Assembly: GCF_000009705.1 (NCBI RefSeq)
Contig: NC_003272.1
Coordinates: forward strand, 3,300,001 to 3,332,000
Direction of reading: 5' to 3'
Source: Nostoc sp. PCC 7120 = FACHB-418
GTDB lineage: Bacteria; Cyanobacteriota; Cyanobacteriia; Cyanobacteriales; Nostocaceae
DNA length: 32,000 nt
A program made the translations under genes and the position numbers. Below are positions 17,529-27,855 of this stretch, in pieces (within the stretch, counting starts at the first letter, position 1; each line of letters opens with the position of its first letter). Under the pieces are notes generated by a model, which searched no databases, was not told the DNA's origin, and was given only the letters and a program-made list of their open reading frames with translations.

Positions 17529-17718
17529 AATCTCTGTAATATAAGAAATACAACTTATGTATGATACCTTATAATAGTGCAGAAAAATAACGATCAAGCA
17601 AATTGATCATTTTTCTATTGATGTAAAAGGATATAATACTACGAATATTTAAAATAAACACATCATCAAAAATTGAGTAAAACCCGTGAGAAAACCTTAA
17701 TTACTCTAATCAATTGCT

Positions 17719-19017
17719 ATGATAAGTATTATTTTTTTATCCAGAATAATTCAACATTTTAACTTAGCTACACGCTATTTATTAATAGCATTAACTCTGA
17801 CTATGTGTCTGATATTATCAGCTTGCCAATCAACAATACAGGCACAATCAAGTATTATCAATCTTACCCTTTGGCATGGGATTAATCCCCCCAGTAATCG
17901 AGATGTATTTCAACAACTAGTAGACAAATTTAATCAAACTCATCCAGATATCCACATAGAATCTCTCTATGCAGGTCAGCTTGAACAACAAATACCCAAA
18001 GTTTTAACCGCAGTTGTGGGTAATGTACCACCAGATATTTTGTTTTTCAACCCGCAAATCACTGGTCAATTGGTAGACTTGGCAGCTATTCGACCTTTGG
18101 AAGAATGGCTAGATAAATCTCCCCTCAAGGCAGAAATTATTCCTAATTGCTTTGGGGAAATGGAGTTAGATGGTCATATTTGGTCAGTCCCTCTTTTTGC
18201 TGGGAATGTGGGGATTTTTTATAGACCGGATTTATTTAAAGCGGCGGGAATTACCGAATTACCCAGGACTTGGGAAGAACTCAGACAAGTTGCTAAAAAA
18301 CTCACCATAGACCGTAATGGCGATCGCATTCCCGATCAGTATGGTATGCTCATGCCCTTGGGTAAAGGGGAATGGACGGTTTTTACATGGTTTCCCTTCT
18401 TATTGAGTAGTGATGGGACAATAGTAGAAAATAATCATCCTAGTTTAATCAATCCAGGGGCGATCGCTGCTTTACAATTTTGGCAAAACCTCATTCAAGA
18501 CGGTTCAGCCAAGTTATCTGCACCAGAACGGGGATACGAAGAAGATGATTTTGTGGCTGGTCGTGTGGCGATGCAGCTAACAGGGCCTTGGACATCTATT
18601 ATGAAAAGTCAAGTTGATTTTGATGTCCTACCAATTCCTATTAACCTTCATCCTGCCAGTGTCCTCGCCAGTGGCAATATGTTTGTGATGAAAACCACAC
18701 CACAAAAAGAACAAGCAGCTTGGAAGTTTTTAGAATACATTCTCAGTGAGCAATTCCAAACAGAGTGGAGTATTGGTTCAGGTTTTTTGCCAGTAAATTT
18801 AAAATCTATTCAAAGCCCAGCTTATCAAGAAGCTATCCGACAAAAACCGGCGCTGCAAGTTTTTCTGGAGCAAATGGCTGTATCTGGTTCCCGTCCAATT
18901 ATTTCTGGGTATAGTCGTCTATCAGAAAGTTTGGGTAGAGCAATTGAGGCGACAATGTTGGGTGCATCTCCAGAAAGCGCATTGAAAAAAGCCCAAGCAC
19001 ACCTAGATCTTTTTTGA
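17719..19017 (+). CDS. ABC transporter extracellular solute-binding lipoprotein (family 1, sugar-type)
   Basis: 432 aa. Signal peptide with lipobox LILSAC. LTLWHG...FNQTHPDIHIE, PDILFFN and GIFYRPDLF are typical of family 1 SBPs. No permease or ATPase gene is adjacent. Confidence 0.75.
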   Translation: MISIIFLSRIIQHFNLATRYLLIALTLTMCLILSACQSTIQAQSSIINLTLWHGINPPSNRDVFQQLVDKFNQTHPDIHIESLYAGQLEQQIPKVLTAVVGNVPPDILFFNPQITGQLVDLAAIRPLEEWLDKSPLKAEIIPNCFGEMELDGHIWSVPLFAGNVGIFYRPDLFKAAGITELPRTWEELRQVAKKLTIDRNGDRIPDQYGMLMPLGKGEWTVFTWFPFLLSSDGTIVENNHPSLINPGAIAALQFWQNLIQDGSAKLSAPERGYEEDDFVAGRVAMQLTGPWTSIMKSQVDFDVLPIPINLHPASVLASGNMFVMKTTPQKEQAAWKFLEYILSEQFQTEWSIGSGFLPVNLKSIQSPAYQEAIRQKPALQVFLEQMAVSGSRPIISGYSRLSESLGRAIEATMLGASPESALKKAQAHLDLF

Positions 19018-19148
19018 ATTGTTATTCATCATTAGTCAACTGTCAATACTAAAACAGATGCGGGTTTAGATGCACACATCTGATTGACAAACTGGTATAA
19101 ATCTTTCCTATGGGCTATTCTGAATTTTGACTTTTGCAAAAATTATTG

Positions 19149-20048
19149 ATGAAATCGACCATCTTACCTAAACCCCTCAAACCCGGAGATTTACTGCGAG
19201 TTATTGCTCCTAGCGGTGCTTTAAGAGAATTTGCGGCTTTGAAGCAGAGTGTAGAAATTTGGCGATCGCGCGGTTATCGTATAGAAGTTAGCTCAGATAT
19301 TGATCATCATTGGGGATATCTGGCTAATAAAGATGAAGTGCGTCGTCATCAGCTAGCTTCTGCTTGGCAAGACCCTGATTGTCGCGGTATTCTCTGCGCC
19401 AGAGGTGGTTTTGGTAGCACACGCATCTTAGAAGATTGGCATTGGCAAACCAACTCAGACCCAAAATGGTTGATTGGCTTTTCTGATATTACTGCTTTGT
19501 TGTGGAGTCTTTATAACGCAGGTATATCCGGTGTTCACGGCCCTGTACTCACAACTTTGGCAGATGAGCCAGACTGGTCAACTGAGCGCCTATTTAATTT
19601 GGTAGAAGGACGACCTATTGCACCCCTTAAAGGCTGTGGTTGGGGTGGTGGTGTGGCTACTGGCATTTTGCTTCCCGGTAATCTTACGGTGGCCACCCAT
19701 CTTTTAAGCACACCAATTCAACCTAACTTTGATGGCGTAATTTTAGCTCTGGAAGATGTCACAGAAGCACCGTACCGTATCGACAGAATGCTGACACAGT
19801 GGCGTTTAAGTGGTGTTTTAGCAAAAGTCAAAGGTATTGCCTTGGGAAGCTTTACTCGATGCGAAGCAGCCCCAAATATACCCAGTTTTAACACAGAAGA
19901 AGTTCTGCGCGATCGCTTGGCTGACTTGGGTATTCCTATTGTCTCCGATTTACCATTTGGTCATGGTGAACACAATGCCAGCCTACCCGTAGGTGTACCT
20001 GTCACCTTAGATGCAAATCACGGAGTCTTGGATATAGTAACCCTTTAA
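19149..20048 (+). CDS. ldcA: LD-carboxypeptidase (peptidase S66, LdcA/MccF family)
   Basis: LKPGDLLRVIAPSG, RGGFGSTRIL, the nucleophile motif GFSDITAL, and C-terminal FGHGEHNASLPVG (the His of the triad). The track start at 19134 is TTG, so I chose the ATG at 19149; the start is uncertain. Confidence 0.8.
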   Translation: MKSTILPKPLKPGDLLRVIAPSGALREFAALKQSVEIWRSRGYRIEVSSDIDHHWGYLANKDEVRRHQLASAWQDPDCRGILCARGGFGSTRILEDWHWQTNSDPKWLIGFSDITALLWSLYNAGISGVHGPVLTTLADEPDWSTERLFNLVEGRPIAPLKGCGWGGGVATGILLPGNLTVATHLLSTPIQPNFDGVILALEDVTEAPYRIDRMLTQWRLSGVLAKVKGIALGSFTRCEAAPNIPSFNTEEVLRDRLADLGIPIVSDLPFGHGEHNASLPVGVPVTLDANHGVLDIVTL

Positions 20049-20054
20049 ATAAAT

Positions 20055-20603
20055 CTACTTGTTTAAACTATCATTTAACCGAGTACCAGTATAATTAGGA
20101 ACCCAGCCATCTGCTGCTGTGAAATAACGCACTGCTTTAAAATTTAAAGAGGCAGTCAGGCTGCACCAGTGTTCTACCCCAGATGGAATGTGAAGATAAT
20201 CTTGGGACTGGACTAAAAGTTGTACTTGGCTACCATCGGGTTTAACAAAACCAAAAATCATCTCACCTGCTAAAACGTACAATGCTTCAGGCGCGGTATG
20301 AGTGTGATATTGGGCGTAGGTAGCTATTAAAGTCTGAAGATTAGGCGAACCTGGATGCACATTCAGCAAATCACACCACAGATAGCCATTTTCTTGCTGA
20401 ATAAACTCGAACACACTGTTGTGTAAATCGACAATGTGACACTTCTCTTTGTCTGTCAAAGCATCCTGTGTTAAAAGGTGAGGAAAGAGTATAGATGTAC
20501 CAGGGTCGTAGTGCTTTAAATAAATTCCTAGTGGGGCAAGTTCACGAACTATCTCATCTAAATTGCTCTCAATTGTGCCGTCTTCCAGTAACAAGGTCGC
20601 CAT
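20055..20603 (-). CDS. Cupin-fold protein, acireductone dioxygenase (ARD/MtnD)-like
   Basis: Metal motif HTHTAPE (HxHxxxE) followed by GEMIFGF and HIPSGVEHW (distal His), spaced as in ARD-type cupins. Confidence 0.55.
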   Translation of the reverse strand: MATLLLEDGTIESNLDEIVRELAPLGIYLKHYDPGTSILFPHLLTQDALTDKEKCHIVDLHNSVFEFIQQENGYLWCDLLNVHPGSPNLQTLIATYAQYHTHTAPEALYVLAGEMIFGFVKPDGSQVQLLVQSQDYLHIPSGVEHWCSLTASLNFKAVRYFTAADGWVPNYTGTRLNDSLNK

Positions 20604-20733
20604 GACAGAATAACTAATTAAGTGTTAAGAAGAGTATACTCAACTTTAACTCATCTTCGAGCAATAAGCCACTATTCCCGATAGACATAGTGGAGTTGTG
20701 GTAATTGGTAATCGAGCATAACTTTTACTCATT

Positions 20734-20754
20734 ACCCAATCCCCAATCCCCATT
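20734..20754. repeat. Short STRR1-type array (ACCCAAT CCCCAAT CCCCATT) in the cupin/photolyase divergent region
   Basis: Read directly. The upstream GGTAATTGGTAAT is partly complementary. Confidence 0.6.
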
Positions 20755-20836
20755 TCTCAAGAAATTTGTCAGCAGAATGATGTTCAATAATACTACTAGG
20801 TCTAATCTAGTACAAGCGAACTATAAAAATTAGAAA

Positions 20837-22276
20837 ATGTCTGACTTAGTTTTATTTTGGCATCGCCGTGATTTACGTATTGCTGACAATATAGGGCTAG
20901 CTGCGGCTAGACAACAAAGTTCTAAAGTCGTGGGGGTATTTTGTCTAGACCCTAATATTTTAGAAAGAGATGATGTAGCCCCTGCCAGAGTTACTTACAT
21001 GATTGGTAGTTTACAAGAGTTGCAACAGCGATATGTGCAAGCAGGAAGCCAATTATTAATCCTGCATGGTGACCCAGTGCAAGCTATCCCTCATTTAGCA
21101 GAGGCATTGAACGCCAAAGCTGTGTTTTGGAATTGGGATGTGGAACCATATTCACAAACACGCGATCGCGCAATTCTTGATATCCTAAAAGATAAAGGTA
21201 TCCAATTTTTAACCCACAAGTGGGATCAAATACTCCATTCCCCAGACGAAATCCGTTCAGGTAGCAACACACCTTACACTGTTTACACTCCCTTTTGGAA
21301 AAATTGGAGTAGCAAACCCAAAGCCAAACCAGTAGAAACCCTGCAAAACGCCGAAGGACTAACAGAATCTGAACAGGAACTTGCTCAAAAAGCTGGAGTG
21401 AAAACCTTACCCACGGCGAAAGATTTAGGATTTTTCTGGGATGCAGACTTGATAATTGCCCCAGGGGAAGCAGCAGCGCAAGCCAAGTTAGAAGAATTTA
21501 CAGCCAAAGCCATCACCGAATACCAAGAACAGCGTAATTTTCCCGCCGTTGATGGCACATCACAACTAAGTGCAGCCTTAAAATTTGGTGTCATTGGCAT
21601 TCGCACTGTTTGGCAAGCAACTTTAGAAGCGTTAGAAAATAGCCGCAGCGAAGAAGCATCCGCAGCTATCCGCACATGGCAACAAGAATTAGCCTGGCGA
21701 GAATTTTATCAACACGCCATGTATAACTTCCCGGAATTAGCTGATGGTGCTTACCGCGAAACCTTCAAGAATTTTCCTTGGGAAACCAACGAAGAACATT
21801 TTCAGGCTTGGCGTGAAGGAAAGACAGGTTATCCCATCGTAGATGCAGCCATGCGCCAGATGAACGAAAGCGGCTGGATGCACAACCGTTGTCGAATGAT
21901 TGTAGCCAGTTTCCTGACCAAAGACTTATTAATTAATCCCCAATTGGGAGAAAAATACTTTATGCAGAAGCTGATTGATGGTGATTTATCTGCCAACAAC
22001 GGCGGCTGGCAATGGAGTGCTTCTAGCGGGATGGACCCGAAGCCGTTACGAATTTTTAACCCCGCCAGCCAATCACAAAAATTTGACCCAGATGCAGAAT
22101 ATATTCGTCGGTGGGTACCTGAATTGAGGTCAATGGATACGGAGTATCTAGTAACGGGTAAGATTACACCTCTTGAGCGTCATGCTGTGGGTTATGTTAA
22201 ACCAATCGTGGATCATCAAAAACAGCAGCAACTCTTTAAACAACGTTATCAACAACAAAAAGCCACCAGTCTTTAA
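20837..22276 (+). CDS. phrA: Deoxyribodipyrimidine (CPD) photolyase, class I
   Basis: [16 protein letters not shown] at the N-terminus. The FAD-binding C-terminal half contains [58 protein letters not shown] and RIFNP. Confidence 0.9.
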   Translation: MSDLVLFWHRRDLRIADNIGLAAARQQSSKVVGVFCLDPNILERDDVAPARVTYMIGSLQELQQRYVQAGSQLLILHGDPVQAIPHLAEALNAKAVFWNWDVEPYSQTRDRAILDILKDKGIQFLTHKWDQILHSPDEIRSGSNTPYTVYTPFWKNWSSKPKAKPVETLQNAEGLTESEQELAQKAGVKTLPTAKDLGFFWDADLIIAPGEAAAQAKLEEFTAKAITEYQEQRNFPAVDGTSQLSAALKFGVIGIRTVWQATLEALENSRSEEASAAIRTWQQELAWREFYQHAMYNFPELADGAYRETFKNFPWETNEEHFQAWREGKTGYPIVDAAMRQMNESGWMHNRCRMIVASFLTKDLLINPQLGEKYFMQKLIDGDLSANNGGWQWSASSGMDPKPLRIFNPASQSQKFDPDAEYIRRWVPELRSMDTEYLVTGKITPLERHAVGYVKPIVDHQKQQQLFKQRYQQQKATSL

Positions 22277-22357
22277 TCTTTTAACGCTAGAGTACTTCAC
22301 CAGTTGAACTACTGTTTGGAAGTCCTACATAGTTCGAGCAGCAATAATAAATTTCAG

Positions 22358-22385
22358 CAAAGGGGCTAATAGCTCCTTTTTTTTA
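22358..22385 (+). terminator. Rho-independent terminator of the photolyase gene
   Basis: Stem AGGGGCT-aat-AGCTCCT (7 bp with one G-U pair), preceded by an A-run and followed by TTTTTTT. Confidence 0.7.
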
Positions 22386-22733
22386 CCCATTCTTAATCTG
22401 ACTCATTGATGATCATAATGGTTATCAATACTACTAATCAGTAAAGTCAGTAAGTATATTTACGTTAACCCATGAAAACTTATGGTCTAGAGTATTTGAT
22501 CGATACTTGTTGAAATAAAGCAACCTAATCAAAGGATTAATATGGCATTTTGCTTAATTTTATGTATTAAACTAAAATTACTAATTACTGCTAAAAATCA
22601 AAATTTTATTGTCGAAGCTTTGAATTGGCATTATCTAGTTTTATTTTATAAAATGTATCTGATTATTTCTAAACACACGTAATTTCAGTATTTAACGAAG
22701 GTTTTTCATCATTAACCGAAAGCCGTAAGTAAA

Positions 22734-23156
22734 ATGACAGTACATTTACTGACAAAATATCAGCAATTTCATTTGCAACCTCTAAAACGAATTTTAATTG
22801 TCGAAGATAATGATATCAATAGGATGTTATTGAGTGATTATCTGAGCTATAGCGGATATCATGTGCAAAGTTTATCTGATGGCTCAATTTTTTTCAAAAC
22901 AATAGAGAATTTTCAGCCTGACTTGATTTTGTTGGACTTGAAATTACCAGATGTTGATGGATACTATTTACTTAAACAAATCCAGCAACAGCAAGACTTT
23001 GCTAGGATACCAGTTATTGTTGTTTCAGGTTTTGCTTTTAAAGTTGATCAAGAAAGAGCTATCAAGTTGGGCGCTCGTGGTTACTTTGTTAAACCGATAA
23101 ATCTGAATGCTTTGCTTATAAAAATTTCTGAAGAATTAGTCGTTAACTGCGTATAG
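22734..23156 (+). CDS. Single-domain response regulator (CheY-like receiver)
   Basis: ILIVEDNDINR (acidic pocket), LILLDLKLPDVDG (phospho-acceptor Asp), PVIVVSG and YFVKP (conserved Lys). There is no output domain, and no kinase gene lies in the window. Confidence 0.85.
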   Translation: MTVHLLTKYQQFHLQPLKRILIVEDNDINRMLLSDYLSYSGYHVQSLSDGSIFFKTIENFQPDLILLDLKLPDVDGYYLLKQIQQQQDFARIPVIVVSGFAFKVDQERAIKLGARGYFVKPINLNALLIKISEELVVNCV

Positions 23157-23167
23157 TTTTTATAGGT

Positions 23168-23347
23168 TTATTTTGGTTTCTGTTTATTAATAAAATCTTC
23201 CATGTTTTCATTTAAATTTTGTACAGAGCTGCCAATTATGTAAATTTTACGTTGCACCTGTTCTAATAGCAAAACAGCAGATTGAAGCTCGTTAAGTGCT
23301 TCAGCCATAGCGTCTTTGTAGTAAGTTTCAAAGTCATTGACATTCAT
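23168..23347 (-). CDS. Candidate small protein (59 aa), predicted helical; not in the ORF track because it falls below the 60-aa cutoff
   Basis: My translation is MNVNDFETYYKDAMAEALNELQSAVLLLEQVQRKIYIIGSSVQNLNENMEDFINKQKPK, with stop TAA at 23170-23168. A GGAG lies 10 nt upstream of the ATG. Composition is more coding-like than the flanking AT-rich DNA. No homology evidence. Confidence 0.4.
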   Translation of the reverse strand: MNVNDFETYYKDAMAEALNELQSAVLLLEQVQRKIYIIGSSVQNLNENMEDFINKQKPK

Positions 23348-23989
23348 GTAATTGGAACTCCAAAAACTCTGTAAATATTTATATGGACAATCATATTCAC
23401 AATCTGAAAAGATGTGAATCCGTTAATCTGCTTAATTTGAAAATACAAATTCTTAATAAAACTCCTGAATATAAAAATTGAGAATAGCCTTAAAACTGGA
23501 ATAATATCGGTGCTTCATATATTCTTTACTTTGGTAAACAATGGGGTACAGAATTATCTACTCATAAACAAGTTAAAGTTTTTTTTCATAGTTTAATCTT
23601 TACTAAAACTGAATGGCAATCATATTTGCAGTGTCTGCAACTAGCTCTTAACAAGGCTTGTGTCGTTTAGATACCATACCAAAAAGTTTTCTATAATTTA
23701 GTTTATGTAGTCTATGAAAACTACTTAATCGGTAAATTCATATGTTGTTTGACGGTTTGTTTAAACTATTTATTTTGATTATGAAATAGGAAAATTGACG
23801 TAAAAAAATATTCCATGAGATATAAAATCAGAAAATCCCAAATCTATAAAGCTTGGTATAAATGTAAACTAACAATATAGTAAATCTTGACTTTATATTT
23901 GCTTGATAAAAACCTGTACACTCAGCACAAAGCAGTAATTGTTCTTAAAATAGATATAGGTAAATTTGTAAGATTACCTGCTGGAGATT

Positions 23990-25873
23990 GTGACAACATC
24001 TGCTCAGATACTACCACTGGTGAAAGATCCAGAGCGTTTAGAAGCCCGTCTGTCCGAAATTCCACCGGAACCAGGGGTTTATTTCATGCGAGATGGAAGC
24101 GATCGCATAATATATATAGGGAAATCACGGAAATTGCGATCGCGGGTTCGTTCCTATTTCCGCGAAGGGTACAACAAAACAGAACGCATAGCCACGATGG
24201 CCAAGTTGGTGACAGAAATTGAATTTATTGTCACCGATACCGAAGCTGAAGCCTTGGCGTTGGAAGCCAACTTAATCAAGCAGCACCAGCCATACTTTAA
24301 TGTGCTGCTGAAGGATGATAAGAAGTATCCCTATGTTTGTATTACTTGGTCAGAAGACTATCCGCGTATTTTCATTACCCGAAAACGACAACTAGGTAAA
24401 GAAAAAGATAAATATTACGGGCCTTATACGGATTCGGGTTTGTTAAGGGAGATTTTACGTATATCTAAGCGGATATTTGCCCTCAGACAACGCCCACAAC
24501 CATTATTTAAAGACCGTCCTTGCTTAAATTATGATTTAGGTCGCTGTCCTGGTGTGTGTCAACAGCTGATTTCCCCAGAAGAATACCGTAAAACTGTGCA
24601 GAAAGTGGCAATGGTGTTCCAAGGACGCACTCAGGAATTGATTGATATCTTGAGCGAACAGATGGAGAAAGCGGCGGAGGCGTTGAATTTTGAAGTAGCA
24701 GCGCGGATTCGTGATCAAATTGCTGGGTTAAAATCCCTAACTGCGGAACAGAAAGTTTCCTTACCGGATGATACGGTGTCACGGGATGCTATTGCTCTAG
24801 CAGGTGACGCACAACACGCCTGCATCCAATTATTTCAGATTCGCGCTGGTCAATTGGTGGGACGCTTGGCTTTTGTGGCTGAATCCCATGCTGAACCAGG
24901 TGCTATTTTACAAAGGGTACTAGAAGAACATTACCAAACGGCGGAATCTGTAGAAATTCCCGCAGAAATTTTAGTCCAGCATGAGTTACCAGATGCTGAG
25001 ATATTAGCTGATGTTTTAACCCAGCTTAAGGGAAGAAAAGTAACGATCTTCACGCCCCAGCGCCAAGTTAAGGCAGAATTAATTGAGATGGTAGAGCGTA
25101 ACGCCCAATATGAATTGCAAAGAATGCAAAAATTAGGCGATCGCAATCATCAAGCAACCCAAGATTTAGCTGCTATTCTCGATTTACCCAACTTACCCCA
25201 CCGCATCGAAGGTTACGACATTTCTCACATTCAAGGTTCTAATGCGGTAGCTTCCCAAGTCGTGTTCATCGATGGATTACCAGCCAAACAAAATTATCGC
25301 CACTACAAAATTAAAAATCCCACTGTTACCATCGGACATTCAGACGATTTTGCCAGTTTAGCGGAAGTTATCCAAAGAAGATTTCGCAAGTATGCAGAAG
25401 ATCCACAATTATCACGGGTGGGAAACCCTGACTGGCCTGATTTGATTATGATTGATGGCGGTAAAGGTCAGTTATCATCGGTAGTTACTGTTTTGCAAGA
25501 GATGAACTTATTAGAAGACTTGCGGGTTATCAGTTTAGCAAAACGGCGCGAGGAGATTTTCTTACCAGGGGAATCCCAACCCTTAAAAACTGATGCTGAA
25601 CAACCAGGGGTGCAATTGTTACGACGACTGCGGGATGAAGCCCATCGCTTTGCTGTGAGTTTCCATCGTCAGCAGCGAAGTGATAAATTAAAGCGATCGC
25701 GCTTAGATGAAATCCCTGGTTTAGGACACCACCGCCAAAAGCAGATGTTAGCTCATTTTCGCTCCGTTGACTATATTCGCCAAGCCACACCCTCACAAAT
25801 AGCCGAAGTTCCAGGGATAGGCCCACATCTGGCTCAAGCAATTTACGACTATTTCCATCCATCTCACCTCTAG
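23990..25873 (+). CDS. uvrC: Excinuclease ABC subunit C
   Basis: GIY-YIG domain ([30 protein letters not shown]), UVR domain ([14 protein letters not shown]), Endo V-like domain ([12 protein letters not shown]) and C-terminal (HhH)2 (IPGLG...VPGIGPHLA). GTG start. Confidence 0.95.
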   Translation: MTTSAQILPLVKDPERLEARLSEIPPEPGVYFMRDGSDRIIYIGKSRKLRSRVRSYFREGYNKTERIATMAKLVTEIEFIVTDTEAEALALEANLIKQHQPYFNVLLKDDKKYPYVCITWSEDYPRIFITRKRQLGKEKDKYYGPYTDSGLLREILRISKRIFALRQRPQPLFKDRPCLNYDLGRCPGVCQQLISPEEYRKTVQKVAMVFQGRTQELIDILSEQMEKAAEALNFEVAARIRDQIAGLKSLTAEQKVSLPDDTVSRDAIALAGDAQHACIQLFQIRAGQLVGRLAFVAESHAEPGAILQRVLEEHYQTAESVEIPAEILVQHELPDAEILADVLTQLKGRKVTIFTPQRQVKAELIEMVERNAQYELQRMQKLGDRNHQATQDLAAILDLPNLPHRIEGYDISHIQGSNAVASQVVFIDGLPAKQNYRHYKIKNPTVTIGHSDDFASLAEVIQRRFRKYAEDPQLSRVGNPDWPDLIMIDGGKGQLSSVVTVLQEMNLLEDLRVISLAKRREEIFLPGESQPLKTDAEQPGVQLLRRLRDEAHRFAVSFHRQQRSDKLKRSRLDEIPGLGHHRQKQMLAHFRSVDYIRQATPSQIAEVPGIGPHLAQAIYDYFHPSHL

Positions 25874-26402
25874 CTTTTAAACGCTATCGAGAAAAGCTAC
25901 GGGTAATTTATTACTAAAGCAATATTACCCATTACCAACAACTAGAATAGACCTCTTCACCAATCTCTCTGATTACTAACATTGAAATTTTTGCTTAAAT
26001 TATCACGCCAAGATAATGCAAACTAAACCTTAAGCAAAGATTAAGAAAAATATTTTGTTACTAAAGATACAGTATTTTCTAGCTTTTAAATTTTGAATAC
26101 AAAGATACCTTTTGTATGTGTTTATGATAGATGCTCATGCTCTATCTCAAAGCATTAGCATTAGGGATCAGTCAATATCCATGAAATATTGTCTCGTTAG
26201 ACTACCTCAATATGTCCCAAGTCAGATGGTGAAATCATCAAATTACTAGGATAATATTTCCAGGGTATCGAACCGTTCAAATCTAAAATTTTAGTTAAGT
26301 AAACAGCCATTATTATCTTTGGTTGTTAATTTAGACAAACCAAAATATTTTGGGTTTCATTTAACAAATATTACCAAAATAGTTAAAACCAGGGATTTTT
26401 CA

Positions 26403-26582
26403 ATGCAAATAATACAAAAAATTTACTGCCCTAATTGTGGTAGTGATGCTGAACGTTATTATCTCACGGATCAGGAATTAACAAGAACACAATGTCCAAG
26501 TTGTGATTACTTGATGATCAGTTGCACCCGCACGGGTAAAGTTATTGAAGCTTACGCCCCTGGAATTCATGTACATCGGTAA
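26403..26582 (+). CDS. Small zinc-ribbon protein (59 aa)
   Basis: MQIIQKIYCPNCGSDAERYY...TQCPSCDYLMISC has two CxxC pairs. AGGGA lies about 9 nt before the ATG at 26403. The track extension back to 26319 is low-complexity AT-rich sequence and contains a 14-bp palindrome, so it is probably non-coding. Confidence 0.55.
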   Translation: MQIIQKIYCPNCGSDAERYYLTDQELTRTQCPSCDYLMISCTRTGKVIEAYAPGIHVHR

Positions 26583-26639
26583 AAATTAAATATTGTTTTC
26601 CATTGAGAATAAAATAGATTTTTGCTATCTCTTGATATG

Positions 26640-26690
26640 GTTAAGTTAATTTATGTGGTGTGAAAAACTTAACCCTTTTGCTGAAGTTTT
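26640..26690 (+). terminator. Hairpin plus T-rich tail downstream of the zinc-ribbon gene
   Basis: GTTAAGTT - 18-nt loop - AACTTAAC (8 bp, AT-rich), followed by ccttttgctgaagttttggtttt. Confidence 0.35.
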
Positions 26691-27354
26691 GGTTTTCTTA
26701 AGCAACATCTTTTCCTTTGTGCCTTTGTAGTAAAATACCAAGAAATTGTAACTACAAAGGTGCAAGGATATAGAAATTTAAGACATACATTTTAGATCCT
26801 TGCACAAATGATTTAGGTCTTAGATAAGATTGAAGATACTAAATCAGTTTTTATTGATTAACTTTCCTATTTATTAAATATTGATGGTATTTTTAATTAC
26901 AAATTAATAATCGATAGATGTTGCTATCGCACACTTAAACAATTCATATATGCAATATAGTAAAATAGCTAGTAAAGATACATTGTAAAACGATTATTTT
27001 TGCTAGTCAGAATATTTTTATCAATTTGTTACAATTACTTTTGACAAGTACTAAAAAAATCCTTAAGCTAATAGATAGGACTCACCAAATAGCCAGACAG
27101 CAGCAATTTTGTTAGATAAATTAAAATCGCTGTTGCAGCGTATCAGCATGAACAAATAAATTAACCTCAATCATTGACTATAAATAATAGCCTCATCCAA
27201 TTGGTTGATAACACGGCTGATACTGGCGTGATGGGAATTAGCCGTGTAAATCTGATCAACAAATTCTGGTCATGAGTGAATGCCTATTTCGATGTGAGTA
27301 ATGTCAATCATTGAAGTTTAGCTGCGGTGCAGTAGATATGTCTAGGAGAGGACA

Positions 27355-27855
27355 ATGTTTGATTTTCTTACATCTTTGAACGACCACGATTTACCCTATC
27401 CAGATACGATACATCCCATCGTTGTCCACTTCGTAATTGCGATGGTAGTGTTTGCTTTTGCTTGTGATTTAATTGGTTATCTCACTGGTAAAACTCGCTT
27501 ATTTGAAGTGAGTTGGTGGAATATGTTTGTGGCAACGATCGCCATTTTTGTGGCGATTATTTTTGGTCAGTTTGAAGCTGGTTTAGCAAAACCTTACGAA
27601 GTCGCTAAATCAGTATTGAATCTCCATACCTTACTTGGCTGGTCACTTTCGGGAATTATCGCCGCCCTAACAGCATGGCGCTACGTCATCCGTCTCCGCA
27701 ACCCCCTCAAAATCCCCTTTCATTACTTGGTTGCAGGATTGGTGTTAACCATGATAGTTGGCGTGCAGGTATATCTCGGTGATCAACTGGTGTGGATATA
27801 TGGACTACACACCGTACCAGTTGTTGAAGCGGTAAAGGAAGGACTTCTGCCATGA
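27355..27855 (+). CDS. Polytopic membrane protein, DUF2231-like (first of two paralogues heading the oxidase operon)
   Basis: 166 aa with four hydrophobic spans. Has an HPxxVH motif (IHPIVVHF) in TM1. A strong AGGAGAGGA SD is present. Its stop overlaps the next start (ATGA). Confidence 0.7.
   Translation: MFDFLTSLNDHDLPYPDTIHPIVVHFVIAMVVFAFACDLIGYLTGKTRLFEVSWWNMFVATIAIFVAIIFGQFEAGLAKPYEVAKSVLNLHTLLGWSLSGIIAALTAWRYVIRLRNPLKIPFHYLVAGLVLTMIVGVQVYLGDQLVWIYGLHTVPVVEAVKEGLLP

Noticed and set aside
20808-20823. LexA-box-like 6+4+6 palindrome TAGTACAAGCGAACTA, 14 nt upstream of the photolyase ATG
   Set aside because: The Anabaena-type box as I remember it is TAGTAC-N4-GTTCTA. Here the second half-site is GAACTA (half-sites TAGTAC/TAGTTC), so it does not match. 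It lies next to another small palindrome and is probably incidental.
21084-21675. Minus-strand ORFs inside the photolyase gene; similar cases lie in uvrC (24507-25862) and coxA (30305-30604)
   Set aside because: All are antisense to strongly supported CDSs and have no independent signals.
22560-22700. A 46-codon ATG ORF (MAFCLILCIKLKLL...) in the AT-rich spacer upstream of the response regulator, plus several 10-40-codon ORFs in 23348-23989 and 25874-26402
   Set aside because: They have AT-driven, low-complexity, Ile/Lys/Leu/Asn-rich composition and no convincing SD. Nothing distinguishes them from chance ORFs without comparative data.
23887-24222. Track ORF 23887-24222 (+)
   Set aside because: It starts in AT-rich non-coding DNA and overlaps the uvrC GIY-YIG domain in a different frame.
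25871-25899. Hairpin TAGCTTTT-13 nt-AAAAGCTA overlapping the uvrC stop as a terminator
   Set aside because: The stem is AT-rich and only 8 bp, with a large loop and no downstream T-tract. This is too weak to call.
27140-27153. NtcA-like site GTATCAGCATGAAC upstream of the ARTO operon
   Set aside because: It deviates from GTA-N8-TAC (AAC instead of TAC). The nearest TAN3T-like -10 element (TATAAA at 27179-27184) is 25 nt away rather than about 22 nt. No perfect GTA-N8-TAC was found in 26583-27354.
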